63,499 nucleotides of DNA, filler included, from Octopus bimaculoides (GCF_001194135.2; 7 parts of 7 records of this genome joined end to end with filler, not necessarily neighbours in it); one strand, 5' to 3'. Counted from the whole stretch's first letter, positions 37,348-50,215 are shown. A program made the numbers and translations. The notes: generated from the sequence alone by a model not told the origin.

Positions 37348-38185
37348 ATGCTCAAATGGTGTTATTTACGTACAGTGTATGTGGAAAAAAATCCTGGGTT
37401 TTGGCTAAAAAAAGATAATTGGAAAAAGAAACAGAGAGCTTTATTATATCTACTCAAGATCAAATACTGCAAACAAACAACCTGTGAAGATATGTGTGTG
37501 GGGAGGTGTCAGCAGAATGTAGAGTGTATGAACTTTGAAATGAAACAATGGCACACGTTGTTGCAGAATGCCCCAAGTTGGCTCTGAGAGAATGTAAGAA
37601 ATAGAGACATGATCAAGTTGTAAGTATCTTACACCGGAAGCTTTATCAGAATTTGGGATTTGAAGCAGGAAGTACATGGTACAATCATCAGGTAGAAAGA
37701 GTACTTGAGGTGGAAACATGCACAATTTTGTGGAATTTTCTAATTCAAACAGACAAACAGATGGAATATAATAACGATCAACATATTACAGTAACAGACA
37801 AGGAAAATTGTATTTGCTTATTGATTTATCCATCATGTCCATCTGGTACCAGGATTGCAAAGAAAGAAGATGAAAAGTTGAAAAAATATAGCTCCTTAAA
37901 ACTTGAGATTTTAAAGATTTGGAACCTGATATCTGTAAAAATTGTACCTGTGATAATTGGCACATTAGGGACTGTAAGTGATGAAATAGATAAAGGAGAT
38001 CGGAGTGGAATGTCCTGTAGAGCTTCTACAGAACGTTTGTCTCAAAGGAACAAGAAAGGTCATTGGAAAGGTTCTGAGCATTTAATGGCTTATTGAAGTC
38101 ATGGATATCTAAGGTTAGAGGGAGAAACTCACTATCCATATAAATTCTACCAGGAATAAGACAAATCCTGAGTCAAGATGATAAT
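37348..38185 (+). mobile_element. R4/Dong-like RLE LINE 3' end (CCHC and restriction-like endonuclease), decayed
   Basis: EKETESFII.TQDQ, VAECPKLA..RHDQV..LH, LWNFLIQTD, KEDEKLKKY..LK.EI, VPVIIGTLG; (AAT)n tail near 38180. Confidence 0.82.
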
Positions 38186-38540
38186 AATAATAATGATATA
38201 GTAGACAGAAGAAGAGAGAGAAAGAAGGTGGGCAAAAAGAAGAGAGGGAGATGACATGCAGTTGGATAGATTGTAATGGTCTGGAGCAGACATATGGTGG
38301 TAGAGGAGGGATAATTTGTTGGCTCAGGAGGATGATCAATGTAAAATATGGGTGGAGAACACAGTATTAAGAATGGAAGATGAATGACAGTGAAATGGTC
38401 TTGGGTGCTGAGAAGGGTGGGGATAAGTGGTATCATGTCTGTGTTCCTTCCTTGTTCTATAATATGCAATATGATGTTATTGCATTTCAAAATGATTTTT
38501 CAAATTCCAGAAACAATTAATGTTTACATGATATGATCAC

Positions 38541-38797
38541 CTTGGTTTATTTATCACGTTTTCCGTGGATCTGATGATTTCCAGAGTTTCTTCTAGCCAT
38601 GTGATACAATGGACTACACTGTAATCATCCAAGGAATACAGACTGTGATCTTCAGAGACATGTGATTTATGGAAACGTGCATAGCAGTACATTAAATGTT
38701 TATAAATTCCATCCAGAATAGGAGATTTATTTGCATATTCAAAACATTTTCCGTGCACAAATTTAAAAGATATGTATACTAACTTAGCTAACTCCAT
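38541..38797 (-). CDS. Candidate first coding exon of an unidentified gene
   Basis: 85 open codons of non-repetitive sequence (MELAKLVYISFKFVHGKCFEY...WLEETLEIIRSTENVINKP); ATG context AAACT-ATG-G; acceptor ttttcaattattttccag at 38833; possible donor AAG|gtgatc at 38540. No homology recognised. Confidence 0.35.
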
Positions 38798-39265
38798 AGT
38801 TTGAAATCTAATGCATCACCACATGTGATTAACTGGAAAATAATTGAAAAATCCACACCTTATGTTTGGATTAAATAAATGTAAGCGATGTTTAGCTGAA
38901 AGAGCTCAGATCCTTTTCAGATCTAAAATCCCTAACTCGCTACTGAACTCTAGGTCTGAAATTTTCAGCGGTTGAAAACATGTCTAAATACATTTTAAAG
39001 AATTGGAAAATTCCGTCTGTACCTGATTAACTTGTTGAGGTCTTTCTAGCTTTATAATTTAAGGTCTAAGGAGAATAACTCTTACCATTTTTACTTTTTA
39101 CTTTATCATTTTCCTTTTTACGTTTTAACCTTCCACATTTTCTATGTTTCCTTCTCAACTTTTCGCATTTCTTCTCTCATTCAATTTTTATTTCGTTATC
39201 ATACATGGTTTGTCTCTGATGAATATGTTTGAGGTATTTTTCAACACATGAAACTATTAGAAGTA

Positions 39266-40160
39266 TTGGGTTGGTAACTAAGTTCCCGCCGTTTTTTTTA
39301 AATTAAAATTTTTTTAAAGGTTTAATAAAAAATAACAACTAATTAATCGATAATGTATTCACCCTTGTTGTTTACAACTTCTTTCCAACGTTCAACAAGA
39401 TTTCAGATACCTCGTTGGTAGAAATCACCCGATTTCGATTTGAAAAGTTGATCCAACCAAGCTCTTAATTCTGCATCAGTATTGAACAAAGCTCCACGCA
39501 TAGCATTTGAAAGAGGTGGAAATCTGTTGGTGCCAAATCAGGAGAGTATGGTGGGTGTGGCAGCACTTCCCAGCCATGCGTTTGAATGGTTTCCTTGGTC
39601 ATATTGGCGATATGAAGGCGGGCATTGTCGTGCAGCAGAAGAACTCCATGCTGCCGATTAGGTCTTTTGTCTTGAAAAGCCGTGTTGAGTCGTTTCATCT
39701 GTTAAACATAGAGTTCCACGTTGACCGTTTGGTTCCGTTCAAGCAATTCGTAATGGATAATCCCTTCCCAGTCCCACTGTATGCACAACATCGTTTTACG
39801 CGGATGAAGATCTTGCTTCACGCGCGGTGTCGCTTATTTACCGGGGCTAAGCCATTCCTTACGCTGCTTCATATTGATGTACAGGCACCATTTTTATTCA
39901 CCAGTAACGATTCGGTAAAGAAATCGTTGCTTGTGTCCATGAGTTGAGCGGTGACCAGCAAGCAAACCAGCGGAGATTGTGAATCGTTGATTTTTGTTGT
40001 TGTCACTTAAAGCATGCGGAACCCATGCTACATACTTCTGAGCCTTTCCCATCGAGTGAAGATGCTTCTAGTAGTATGGGAGCATTCCATTTTCTCTGCC
40101 AGTTCCCTTGTCATTTGACGAGAATTTTCGTGCAAAAGTTGCACATTTTCAGTGTTTATT
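39266..40160 (-). mobile_element. mariner (DD34D) transposon, 5'-truncated and decayed
   Basis: LLHDNAR, HPPYSPDLAPTDFHLF, WVPH-like motif. One terminal inverted repeat, TA|TTGGGTTGGTAACTAAGTTCCCGCCG, at 39266; the other end is missing. Confidence 0.93.
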
Positions 40161-40169
40161 GCACCTGAG

Positions 40170-40900
40170 CATCTGCCACATACAAAAACTATCTTGCTAG
40201 TTAGCCTTCTTTGATATTGCTGCTCCTCTTATGTGTCCGTAGCTTACACTGGATACATCTTATGGAGTTTCTACCTACGCCTTTTCTACAGACCGAGCAG
40301 GGTCATCTACCTGAAGGGATTTGTGTTTCGTCTACCTTCCTACTTATTAGGACTTTAGTTTTAGCTAGGTTGAATCTAAGGCCCTTTGATTCTAGTCCTT
40401 GCTTCCACACCTGAAACTTCTCCTCTAGTTCTGATAGTGACTCAGCAATTAGACACATACACACACACATACACATCTATATAGATAGATACCATACATG
40501 AATACATACATACACATATATATTAATTGCTCATAGGATCACTGTATTTTGTTATGCAACCATAATATATCACCAAGCATATTAAAGGTTTATCAGTCAA
40601 TAATGTATTTTAACTGTGTTAGCAGTGCTACTTTAATCACATTCTAAAGTAGAACCAGAACTAAAAGTTATGACGTCTTTTGTATATGAATATGTCTTTA
40701 TAAACAATGAGATCAAAGATAGGAAAATAGGTAATAGATGTATATGTACATCTGCCACACACAAAGGCTACTGTCTATTAACCTTCCTGTGATACTGCTG
40801 TACCTCTTATGTGTCCATAGATTGCACCGAGAACACAATAAGGAATTTTTACCTACACATTTTTCTACACATCAAGTGGTTGTTAAAAGTGAAATTCAGT
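40170..40900 (-). mobile_element. Two related SINE-like copies (about 40170-40410 and 40748-40900)
   Basis: Both share catctgccaca.acaaa..ct...cctcttatgtgtcc.tag. The first copy abuts the mariner truncation point. Confidence 0.55.
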
Positions 40901-41464
40901 TTGTGATCTTAAACAGTTACAAAGGCATTTTTTTAGCTTAGGCTTCTACTCTGTGTGGTATATATAAAAAAAGCCATGTAACTGTTTAGCCTCATGTATT
41001 TGAACAGGAAACTCTCAGATAGTTTTGTTTAATATAATTCCAAAATGTCTTTCATATGTTTTCCTATCTATTCTATATAGATTTTTTTAGTTGTATCAGA
41101 GAAAAGTAAAGTCTTATTTGAAATCTAAAGGGAACATATATCAGAAGTTTTTGATTTTTTTTAATTTTGGGGAAGAATTTTCTAGACTTGATACTGTAGA
41201 AATTGATACCTTTTCTATCAGGATAAGTATCAGGAATTGATACTTATTTTATCAGAATCTTTTGTTCAATAGCTAAGTTCTGGGGACATGAATAAACAAA
41301 CAGCATGATACAGAAAAATGTACCCTAGGTTATTTCTTTTTTTCTTTCACATTTCATACTTTTGTGTACAATACATAATTAAAAACTACAGGTGTTGTTT
41401 TCAACAGCCTTACATCTAAAATATAAAAGAATTTCCTTTTACAAAGAAATTTTCCTCCCAAAAT

Positions 41465-41690
41465 ATTGGTTTCAAATTTAGCCACTAGGCCAGCAACTTC
41501 AGAGGATGAGAAAAAGTCAGTTACATCAAATCAACCTCAGTGCTCAGCTGGTACTTATGTTATTGACCCCCATAAGGGTAAGAGGCAAAGTCAACTTCAG
41601 TAGAATTTGAAATCAGAACATAAAGATAAACAAGCATTAAGCATTTTATCTGACATGCTAATAGTTCTGCCAGGTCACTACCTTTCCCTT
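41465..41690 (-). mobile_element. CORE-like tRNA-derived SINE
   Basis: Minus strand aaggtagtgacctggcagaactattagcatg..gaagttgactttgcctc..ggggtcaataacataagtacc; same family as 3207-3416. Confidence 0.7.
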
Positions 41691-42276
41691 CCAAAATATC
41701 ATTTGCAAATTTTAGCCCGGTGGTGCTAAAGGGTCCATATGAGATTTTGTTGTTGAAGTTGGTGTAATAAATTGGTGATGTTTCTACAATACACAAAATA
41801 TTTTATCAAATTTATTTTATGCAATTGCATAAAAATATTTTATGCAATTCTCAATAAGACTTAATTATAAAAATACAATAGGATTTTTTAAACATCAGAT
41901 GGCTATGAGGATCACGTAGAGTAAGATAGCAATCAAAGGGATCCATAGACAAAAACTAGTTGAGAACCATTGTTTTAGACAATTCATCTCAAATTGTTAC
42001 CGCTAGGTTCAGTTGTATAGTCATTACTACAGACCATTTAGTAAAAGCAGAGGGTCCTTTTTCAGTCTTTTTACTATTTCTTATCCCATGTCCTCTATTC
42101 AGGAACAGCTGCAAAACAGATCTGTGCCTAAAGTGTAATCGTTTCACTGACTACCTGTGAGCTCCATTAGAGCAGACCTGAGACAACACAACAACAAATA
42201 ATGTTTTCTGATTTAAACTGAAAGACAGCGATTTTGAAGGTTGGGGAAAGCTGGGGACTAGTTGATTATAAAACAT

Positions 42277-42770
42277 GAGCGAGATCGTTGCCAGTACCGA
42301 TGGACTGGCCCCTGTACAGGTGACACATAAAATACACCATTTCGAGCATGGCCATTGCCAGTAAGACATTCGAGCGAGATCGTTGCCAGTGCTGATGGAC
42401 TGGCTCCTGTGCAGGTGGCATGTAAAATACACCATTTCGAGCGTGGCCGTTGCCAGTAAGACAATCGAGCAAGATCGTTGCCAGTGCCGATGGACTGGCT
42501 CCTGTGCAGGTGGCACGTAAAATACACTATTTCGAGCGTGGCCATTGCCAGTACCGCCTGACTGGCTTTCGTGCCGGTGGCACGTAAAAGCACCTACTAC
42601 ACTCTCGGAGTGGTTGGCGTAAGGAAGGACATCCAGCTGTAGAAACTCTGCCAAATCAGATTGGAGCCTGGTGTAGCCACCTGGTCCACCAGTCCTCAGT
42701 CGAATTGTCGAACACATGCTAGCATGGAAAGCGGACGTTAAACGACGACGATGATGATGATGATGATGGA
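42277..42770 (+). mobile_element. RTE-type 3' UTR with a 95-bp tandem expansion and (GAT)n tail
   Basis: Unit starts at 42277, 42372 and 42467 (period 95), followed by a partial unit and then the tail shared with 8063-8220. Confidence 0.85.
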
Positions 42771-44056
42771 AAGATGAAAGGAAAAGTTATCACAGTGGGA
42801 TTTGAACTCAGAACGTAGAGTCGGAAAGCATACTTGCATAGCGTTTTTTCTGATGCTGTAACGATTCCACCACCTCGCAAGTATATGAAGTCTGGTCCTC
42901 AAATCGACAGAGAGTCTTGGCATATTTGACCAGAAATAGCAGCCAATCCATTCAAACCACACCTGGCATCTTTAAACAAGAAGATACCTGGAAAACAGAT
43001 AGGATTGCTACAATTAAAACGATTTTGTGTACAATGGCAGTTGGGCAGAATTATGATGTAAGCACATGCTAAAAGCCCTCATAGCTTCTTTATTTTTACA
43101 AATTTTTACAAAATTTTTGCTATTGTTTTCTACGTAATGGAATTAATATGATTATGAAAAAGAAACAATTTTTTAATCCCCTCCCCCAACAATTCCAAAA
43201 CTTTCTAGTTTTTTTTTTTTTTTTTTATTAATTCGTGGTTTTAAAATATAGGCAGTCAGAATCTACCATTTGTTTCTCTTTATAATTGCCAAATAATTTT
43301 TTAAATACTTCAAAATCAAATTCGCATAAATATGTGCGCCGATATTTTTATGCGTACTAAAAACAGTAGTTAAAAATTAAGGAAATAGCTTTTGGGAGAT
43401 TTCTTATGATTGGCTTTTATTCCATTATTCTATCTTCTGAAACTTATACATATACATGTAATAAATGCATACAGAAGCATAAATATATACACACACTCAT
43501 ACGTTTTTAGAGTTTTATATAAATTAATACGATTATGCAAAAAAAGAAAAAAATAATTACCCTACCATCACCACCCCAATTCCAAAACTTACCTCTTTGG
43601 ATACTTGTAATCCTCATAACCAACAGTATGCCAATTTTTTTTTATGTATGTGCGTGTATTAAGATATAATTAAAGCAATACGTATACACCCACGTATATA
43701 TATATACACATATACACATACAACAAAGCCTAATGGTGTGAATTTTCAAAAACTCCTTTAGGAACAAACAGTTTTCACAATGAATTCCAATTTAATCGGA
43801 ATCAACACGATTTGAAGCATATTTGCAGAAAAATTCACTAAGAAATATTTAATTTTCTCAAGGTTATGAAGAAGCAAATCTTTGGGACACAATTGTGTAG
43901 ATATGCCGAAATATTTATATATGTATACGAGGATGTATATACGGGAATTATGATGTAAGCACGTGTTTACATCATAAATCCGCCAGCGGTTGGTCTGACT
44001 ACAAGCTATATTTAATAAATTATGTTTCATTACTATTATTTCTTCTTACAAGACAA

Positions 44057-45015
44057 AAGTTATTTTAAGTAGCGGGGACTTCCCAAGCACACACACGCAT
44101 ATGCCCACGCACACACACATACATATTACATACATGGAGAGAGGTTATTACAACAGTAGTGCTTACATGTATATACAAACAGGTAGGAAGTTTCCTATTC
44201 CATTTACTCAAAAGCGTGTGTAAGTAACTGGTACTTCGAAACTTCAACATACTGTCGGACAAGTCTATTTCTGTTTCTATACATCTCGTATTTTTGTACA
44301 ATTTTTGAAAATCACAGTTGTTTTTAACACACTTCCTTTCGCCTAATTTTCCGGAATCTCCGTATCCGAAAACGGGTGTTTTGAGCAAAAATAAAAATGG
44401 GAGGAAATGGTGGGGACGGGAGGAAGCCTTTCCGAAATCTGTGCAAGAGTGTGAGTATATTGATTACATTATGTTATCGCAGTTTTGTGAGATTTGGCTG
44501 TTATTTCTAGCATGTGGATGGCCTGCTTGAAGGCTTGAGGGTATATATGCGTGTGTGTATGTGTGTGTGACAGAGAGAGAGAGAGAGAGAGAGAAAAGGT
44601 GTGAGCTGATGTGCGTGTATGTGAGGGAGAGAAAGTGACAGCGTACATATTTTTAATTTATTCTTCCTCTTTTTTGAGTGAGTGATTGACAGAGAGAGAG
44701 AGAGAGAGTAATAGCGTAACACCCTCTCTCTCTCTCTCTCACACACACACACTTTCCGTCTCTCTCTCACACACGCATCAACACCCCTTTCTCGAAGTTA
44801 TTTATAGTGAAGGGGACTTTCCAAGTACACACACGTGGGAGAGAGGCTATTACAACAGTAGTGTTTACATGTATATACAAACAGGTAAGAAGTTTCCTAT
44901 TCCATTTACTCAAAAGCGTGTGTCGGACAAGTCTATTACTGTTTCTATACATCTCATACTTTTGTACAATTTGTGAAAATCACAGTTGCTAGTAACACAC
45001 TTCCTTTCGCCTAAC
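44057..45015 (+). repeat. Diverged direct repeat pair (44057-44346 and 44795-45015)
   Basis: Long shared blocks such as tattacaacagtagtg.ttacatgtatatacaaacaggta.gaagtttcctattccatttactcaaaagcgtgtg. Copy 1 has about 33 extra bp. Confidence 0.9.
44813..44822 (+). promoter_or_regulatory. NF-kB consensus site GGGACTTTCC (paralogous GGGACTTCCC at 44075-44084)
   Basis: Exact canonical kB decamer in repeat copy 2; the copy 1 variant still fits GGGRNNYYCC. Function not shown. Confidence 0.35.
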
Positions 45016-45384
45016 ATTTGTAATAATTTCCTTTTATGATTTTTGTTTTCCTCTGTAATATTGTTTGTCTGATGTAACCGGTTCACGTAAACTTATAGTT
45101 TCACACTAGACACGATTTCGATACTAAATAACTTTTTTCCCGCGGTTTTTGGGGGTGCAATCGTCTTAGTTGGCTTCGTAAGCTGTCGGAAATGCATTCT
45201 TTCCTCGGAAAACGGAGGAGGTACGGTGAGGTGGAACCTCGGAACAGGTGCAACAGGTGTAAAAAAATGTGTAGGAAACGAATATGAAAACAAAAATGTG
45301 CGGAAAGCAATGAGTGGGAGGATTTCGGAAAATTCACAGGTAATTTTGTATAAGTACCTTTCAAACGACATACATTATGGTTAT

Positions 45385-45653
45385 TGTGGTGTATGCGTGC
45401 GAGTAGATGTAATCGGCCTACCTCGGTTTTCCTTCCAAGTACGAGTCTGTCCTGCGGTATCCGATCTTCGCGGCTCGCCTGACCCGAAGAACGCTAGAAA
45501 TAGCAGCTGCTTCTCCCAACACCTAGACGGTCGCTTGGCACGTCCTCTCCTCACAACAACCCCGTTCGGAAAAGGGCACGAAATCTCGATCGAGGCTCCC
45601 TCTGCCCTTCTTCCTCTTCCGGTCAGCTCCCCAGTCTCTGACGTCATACCACA
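45385..45653 (-). repeat. Complete 269-bp 3' LTR of gypsy copy 2
   Basis: TGTGGT...ACCACA terminal inverted repeat, preceded on the minus strand by AGATCAGGGTGGCG. Confidence 0.85.
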
Positions 45654-47921
45654 CGCCACCCTGATCTTAAAGATCACGTCCGCCCCTACTCCACTTCGAA
45701 GTCCGTCATCCAACCGGGCGGGCGCCTTACACGTCGAGATCTTCTCAAGCCAGGTGCTTCGTTTCCATCGCGCTCTTCATCCGACGAAGTGGCTGTCCTG
45801 CGCAGGTCCAGCACGTGACGCAGCATTCCATCCACGGATACATTGTTTCTGGAATTGACTGCCGTCACTGTTCCCCTGCCCCATTGCGACATGCAGCGTG
45901 CCTTCGGCGGCTTGACCCAAACTTCCTCCCCTACTTTCACGCCGGCGGGTCCCTTCTCTTCCACGCAGTACTCCAGCGTCTTACTGGGATGCCTCCATTA
46001 ATACTTGAACACTGCTCTGTGCGGCACAGATTCTTCCGCTTGTCCGGATCGGGGAAACATGTTATATCAGAAGACTGCTTCCAGGGGCGAAATGTGCCCC
46101 CTTTCAGCCATGGCCTTGATCGTTCGATGGTGCCTCTCAACGATTCCGTTGCCGCTCGGCCTATACGCTGCTCTGAACAATCGTCGCACCTTCCACTGGT
46201 CGAGCATCTCCCCCAACACTTCCAAGCGAAACGCTGCCCCGTTGGCCATTAGAAGTTCTTCCACGGGATCCCTCTCCAAGAATATCCCATTCAAAATGTG
46301 GGCAATACATCAGCAATGCCTGTCCTCAACTCCCTCCAAATGGCTAGCCGGCTCGGCCCGCAGTCGACCATGCTGAGATACGTTCCCTGACGGTAGTGCA
46401 TCACATCCACAGCTAGTCTCCTCCAGTTGCGCTCTACTGAGAGGTTCCCTTGCTCATGCCCACCCGGGGTGGGGTCAATGGACTGGCATCTGTCGCAGTT
46501 CCCGACCACTTTCTTGACGTTTCTCCTAGTGACGTCAGCATCGATCATCTTTGCTAGATACAGGGTCCTATCCACCCCCAAGTGGTGCATAGCATGTAGC
46601 TCCTTCAGTTCGGAGTCACCCAGCCGACACGCTGTCACTATCCCTTTCCTTGCTTCCTCTGGTTCCTCCAGCCATGCCCTTTTCACCCTGGTCAGTGCGT
46701 TCGCCCTGTTTCTCTCNNNNNNNNNNNNNNNNNNNNNNNNNNNNNNNNNNNNNNNNNNNNNNNNNNNNNNNNNNNNNNNNNNNNNNNNNNNNNNNNNNNN
46801 NNNNNNNNNNNNNNNNNNNNNNNNNNNNNNNNNNNNNNNNNNNNNNNNNNNNNNNNNNNNNNNNNNNNNNNNNNNNNNNNNNNNNNNNNNNNNNNNNNNN
46901 NNNNNNNNNNNNNNNNNNNNNNNNNNNNNNNNNNNNNNNNNNNNNNNNNNNNNNNNNNNNNNNNNNNNNNNNNNNNNNNNNNNNNNNNNNNNNNNNNNNN
47001 NNNNNNNNNNNNNNNNNNNNNNNNNNNNNNNNNNNNNNNNNNNNNNNNNNNNNNNNNNNNNNNNNNNNNNNNNNNNNNNNNNNNNNNNNNNNNNNNNNNN
47101 NNNNNNNNNNNNNNNNNNNNNNNNNNNNNNNNNNNNNNNNNNNNNNNNNNNNNNNNNNNNNNNNNNNNNNNNNNNNNNNNNNNNNNNNNNNNNNNNNNNN
47201 NNNNNNNNNNNNNNNNNNNNNNNNNNNNNNNNNNNNNNNNNNNNNNNNNNNNNNNNNNNNNNNNNNNNNNNNNNNNNNNNNNNNNNNNNNNNNNNNNNNN
47301 NNNNNNNNNNNNNNNNNNNNNNNNNNNNNNNNNNNNNNNNNNNNNNNNNNNNNNNNNNNNNNNNNNNNNNNNNNNNNNNNNNNNNNNNNNNNNNNNNNNN
47401 NNNNNNNNNNNNNNNNNNNNNNNNNNNNNNNNNNNNNNNNNNNNNNNNNNNNNNNNNNNNNNNNNNNNNNNNNNNTCGCAATCAGCCCGAACCTCTCCAG
47501 GTGTCTCACTACCTCGGTGGCTGGCACTGCAGTCTCGTCAACCAAAATGTCGTTGATGTAGGAACTGGTGGCCTTCCTTATATTTTCCTCTTTCCCTAGG
47601 ATGGACTTGAGCACCATTGCCATGATTTTCGGAGGAGAATTCAGCCCAAAACCCAGCCTGGTTAAACAGTACGACCGGCCCTTGTAGCACACCAGCTGGT
47701 ATCGCCACAGCTTGTTACTCACACGGAGCTGCAAATATGCCGACTTCAAGTCGACAATCGTCGCTGCCTTGGGCAACTGTCTCCACACACGTAACGTCTC
47801 ACCGCAAACGTCCGTTGCCTCGCCTCCCGTGTGGCATGATATATGTTCGTTCAGCTCCCTAAAGTCCAGCACCGGTCTGACTTTTCCCTTCGTCGGCTGC
47901 ACCACCGCCATCAGAGGCAGC
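45385..47921 (-). mobile_element. Ty3/gypsy-like LTR retrotransposon (copy 2); 5' part lost in a scaffold gap
   Basis: RT (RPVLDFRELN, VDLKSAYLQ, LGFGLNS, YIND), 759-N gap, integrase HHCC and core (ERHHRTIK), tail, purine tract and LTR. Confidence 0.92.
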
Positions 47922-48849
47922 NNNNNNNNNNNNNNNNNNNNNNNNNNNNNNNNNNNNNNNNNNNNTTAATTAATTAANNNNNNNNNNNNNNNNNNNNNNN
48001 NNNNNNNNNNNNNNNNNNNNNGTGTATACATGTGAAACAGCTTTTCTTTTATACATGTTTCATTAAATACACGACTGTGTTCAAGTCTTGCCACCTCAGT
48101 GCTACCACCTCAAAAACTACTACCACCACGACCACCACCACCACCACCACCACCACCACCAGCAATACCAACACCAACAAATGCACCATCTGCTCCCCGG
48201 CAGATACTTTACTGATAACTTGCATAAACACAGAAGTTGGAACAGATAATTGATTCGGCACAAACCCTGTACAATTGTAATATCGATTTATGGACTAAAG
48301 TTTTTAAACGGCAAAGACAGACCTTGAAGAGATATGGACGTCGAATTAAACAAAACGCCTTTTGAAACAGTGTATCCGTATGTTACTCATTCATTGCATA
48401 CCATATATAGTGACCTAGATGGCACAATAATCTGTAGAGCAGGTAGTTAGTATTATACTATAATGAGCGTACAGCAAAACCTGCAGGAGACACGATGCAA
48501 AATTGCAAGAGATGTTACAGAATGAATTCAGATGGTACAAGACGCAATTTAGAATGAAACAGCAGCCATTAAATATCGCTGATCCAAGTGAAATTTGTAT
48601 TAAATAATCTTCAATTTATATGGTTGTAGGCAATCATATAAAGCTTCAGGTCGGGGAGAATGGGTGCTGTTATGGTGGACATTTAAAAGACCATCATGGG
48701 GCGATTCCTGAGACACATCAAGCTGCTTGCCTCTTTGTATCACTGACTGCATCAGCAAGGTGAATGGAATCGCTTCGCTGACCTCGGTCAATGTCAATCG
48801 CTTAATCACCGTAATCATCAAGATTATCAGGATTATAATCATCACGACT

Positions 48850-48898
<49 letters not shown>

Positions 48899-49459
48899 GC
48901 ATCATCGACAGCCTCACGACGACCCCTCACTACCACCACCACGACTATCACCGTCGTCGTCGCTGTCGTCATCGTCGTTCGTCGTCGTCGTTGTCAGCGA
49001 TATCGTAGTCGTCATCATCTCACGTCATTTTGTTTTTCAATCACTTTTAAAAACACTCTCAATAATAGAAACGACGACGACAACAACAACAGCAACAACA
49101 ACAACAGCAACAACAACAACAGCAACAATGACAACAGCGGCACCTACCTGTTATCTACAAATCTGACATCTTAAAAACAGAAAGTTGGTCTTCCATCCTC
49201 ATCTTCCCGTCAAATTTACGTGTATTTCAAAATAATTTAATCCTGTTGACGTGAATAGAGAAGAATAGAGGGAGGGTCGGGGGGAGGTGGTTAGCCCCTC
49301 CCCTCCTTCCCAATATTTTCACAATCTATGATCGAGCAGATTACAGCTTGTAACGAACTGGTGATTAGCAGTTTGTGTGCGCCCGCGTGTGTGTGTGTGT
49401 TTGTGTATATGTGCGTATGAGTGTGTATTCATACACACACATATATACATACATAGTTT

Positions 49460-49490
<31 letters not shown>

Positions 49491-49725
49491 AAATATATGC
49501 CTGTATAAATACATAGATATTAACACACACACACACGCACACATGTCTACACACATACATAGAGGTTGAGAAAGAGTGAGAAAGTGAGGCATGCAAAAAT
49601 GCGCAATTACATGCACTTGTGTGCACACACTTTCATGTGAACAACTCCGAAACACATTTACAAACACACACATACACACACATATGAATTTATATACGCA
49701 TGCACATGAGGTACATATCTTTTTT

Positions 49726-49786
<61 letters not shown>

Positions 49787-50144
49787 ACGTATACATACAT
49801 ACATACATATATATATATATATGTATGTATATGAATACGCACACATGTATATAAAATATATATATATATATATATGAATATATATATATGTATGTACATA
49901 CATGTATACATGCATTAAGGTATACATATATATATACGTGTGTGCATGATGTGTGACTGAGGATGTGTGCATATCTTGGCATTGGTTTTGTCGTTGTGTA
50001 ACAATTCTCATTGACACCTATAGATTGTATTATTGGAGAGATTAGGTTTCTTCGGTCTTGTTATTGCATACACGCCAATCACACGTATACACACACGCAT
50101 ACACACACACACACACACACACACTTACATATGTGCGTGTATGC

Positions 50145-50215
<71 letters not shown>

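Noticed and set aside
42277-42600. CRISPR-like array of hairpin repeats
   Set aside because: No unique spacers, no cas genes, eukaryotic context; contiguous with a LINE tail.
48600-48830. Minus-strand LLMQSVIQRGK, similar to an RLE retroelement C-terminus
   Set aside because: Similarity is too short to support a call.
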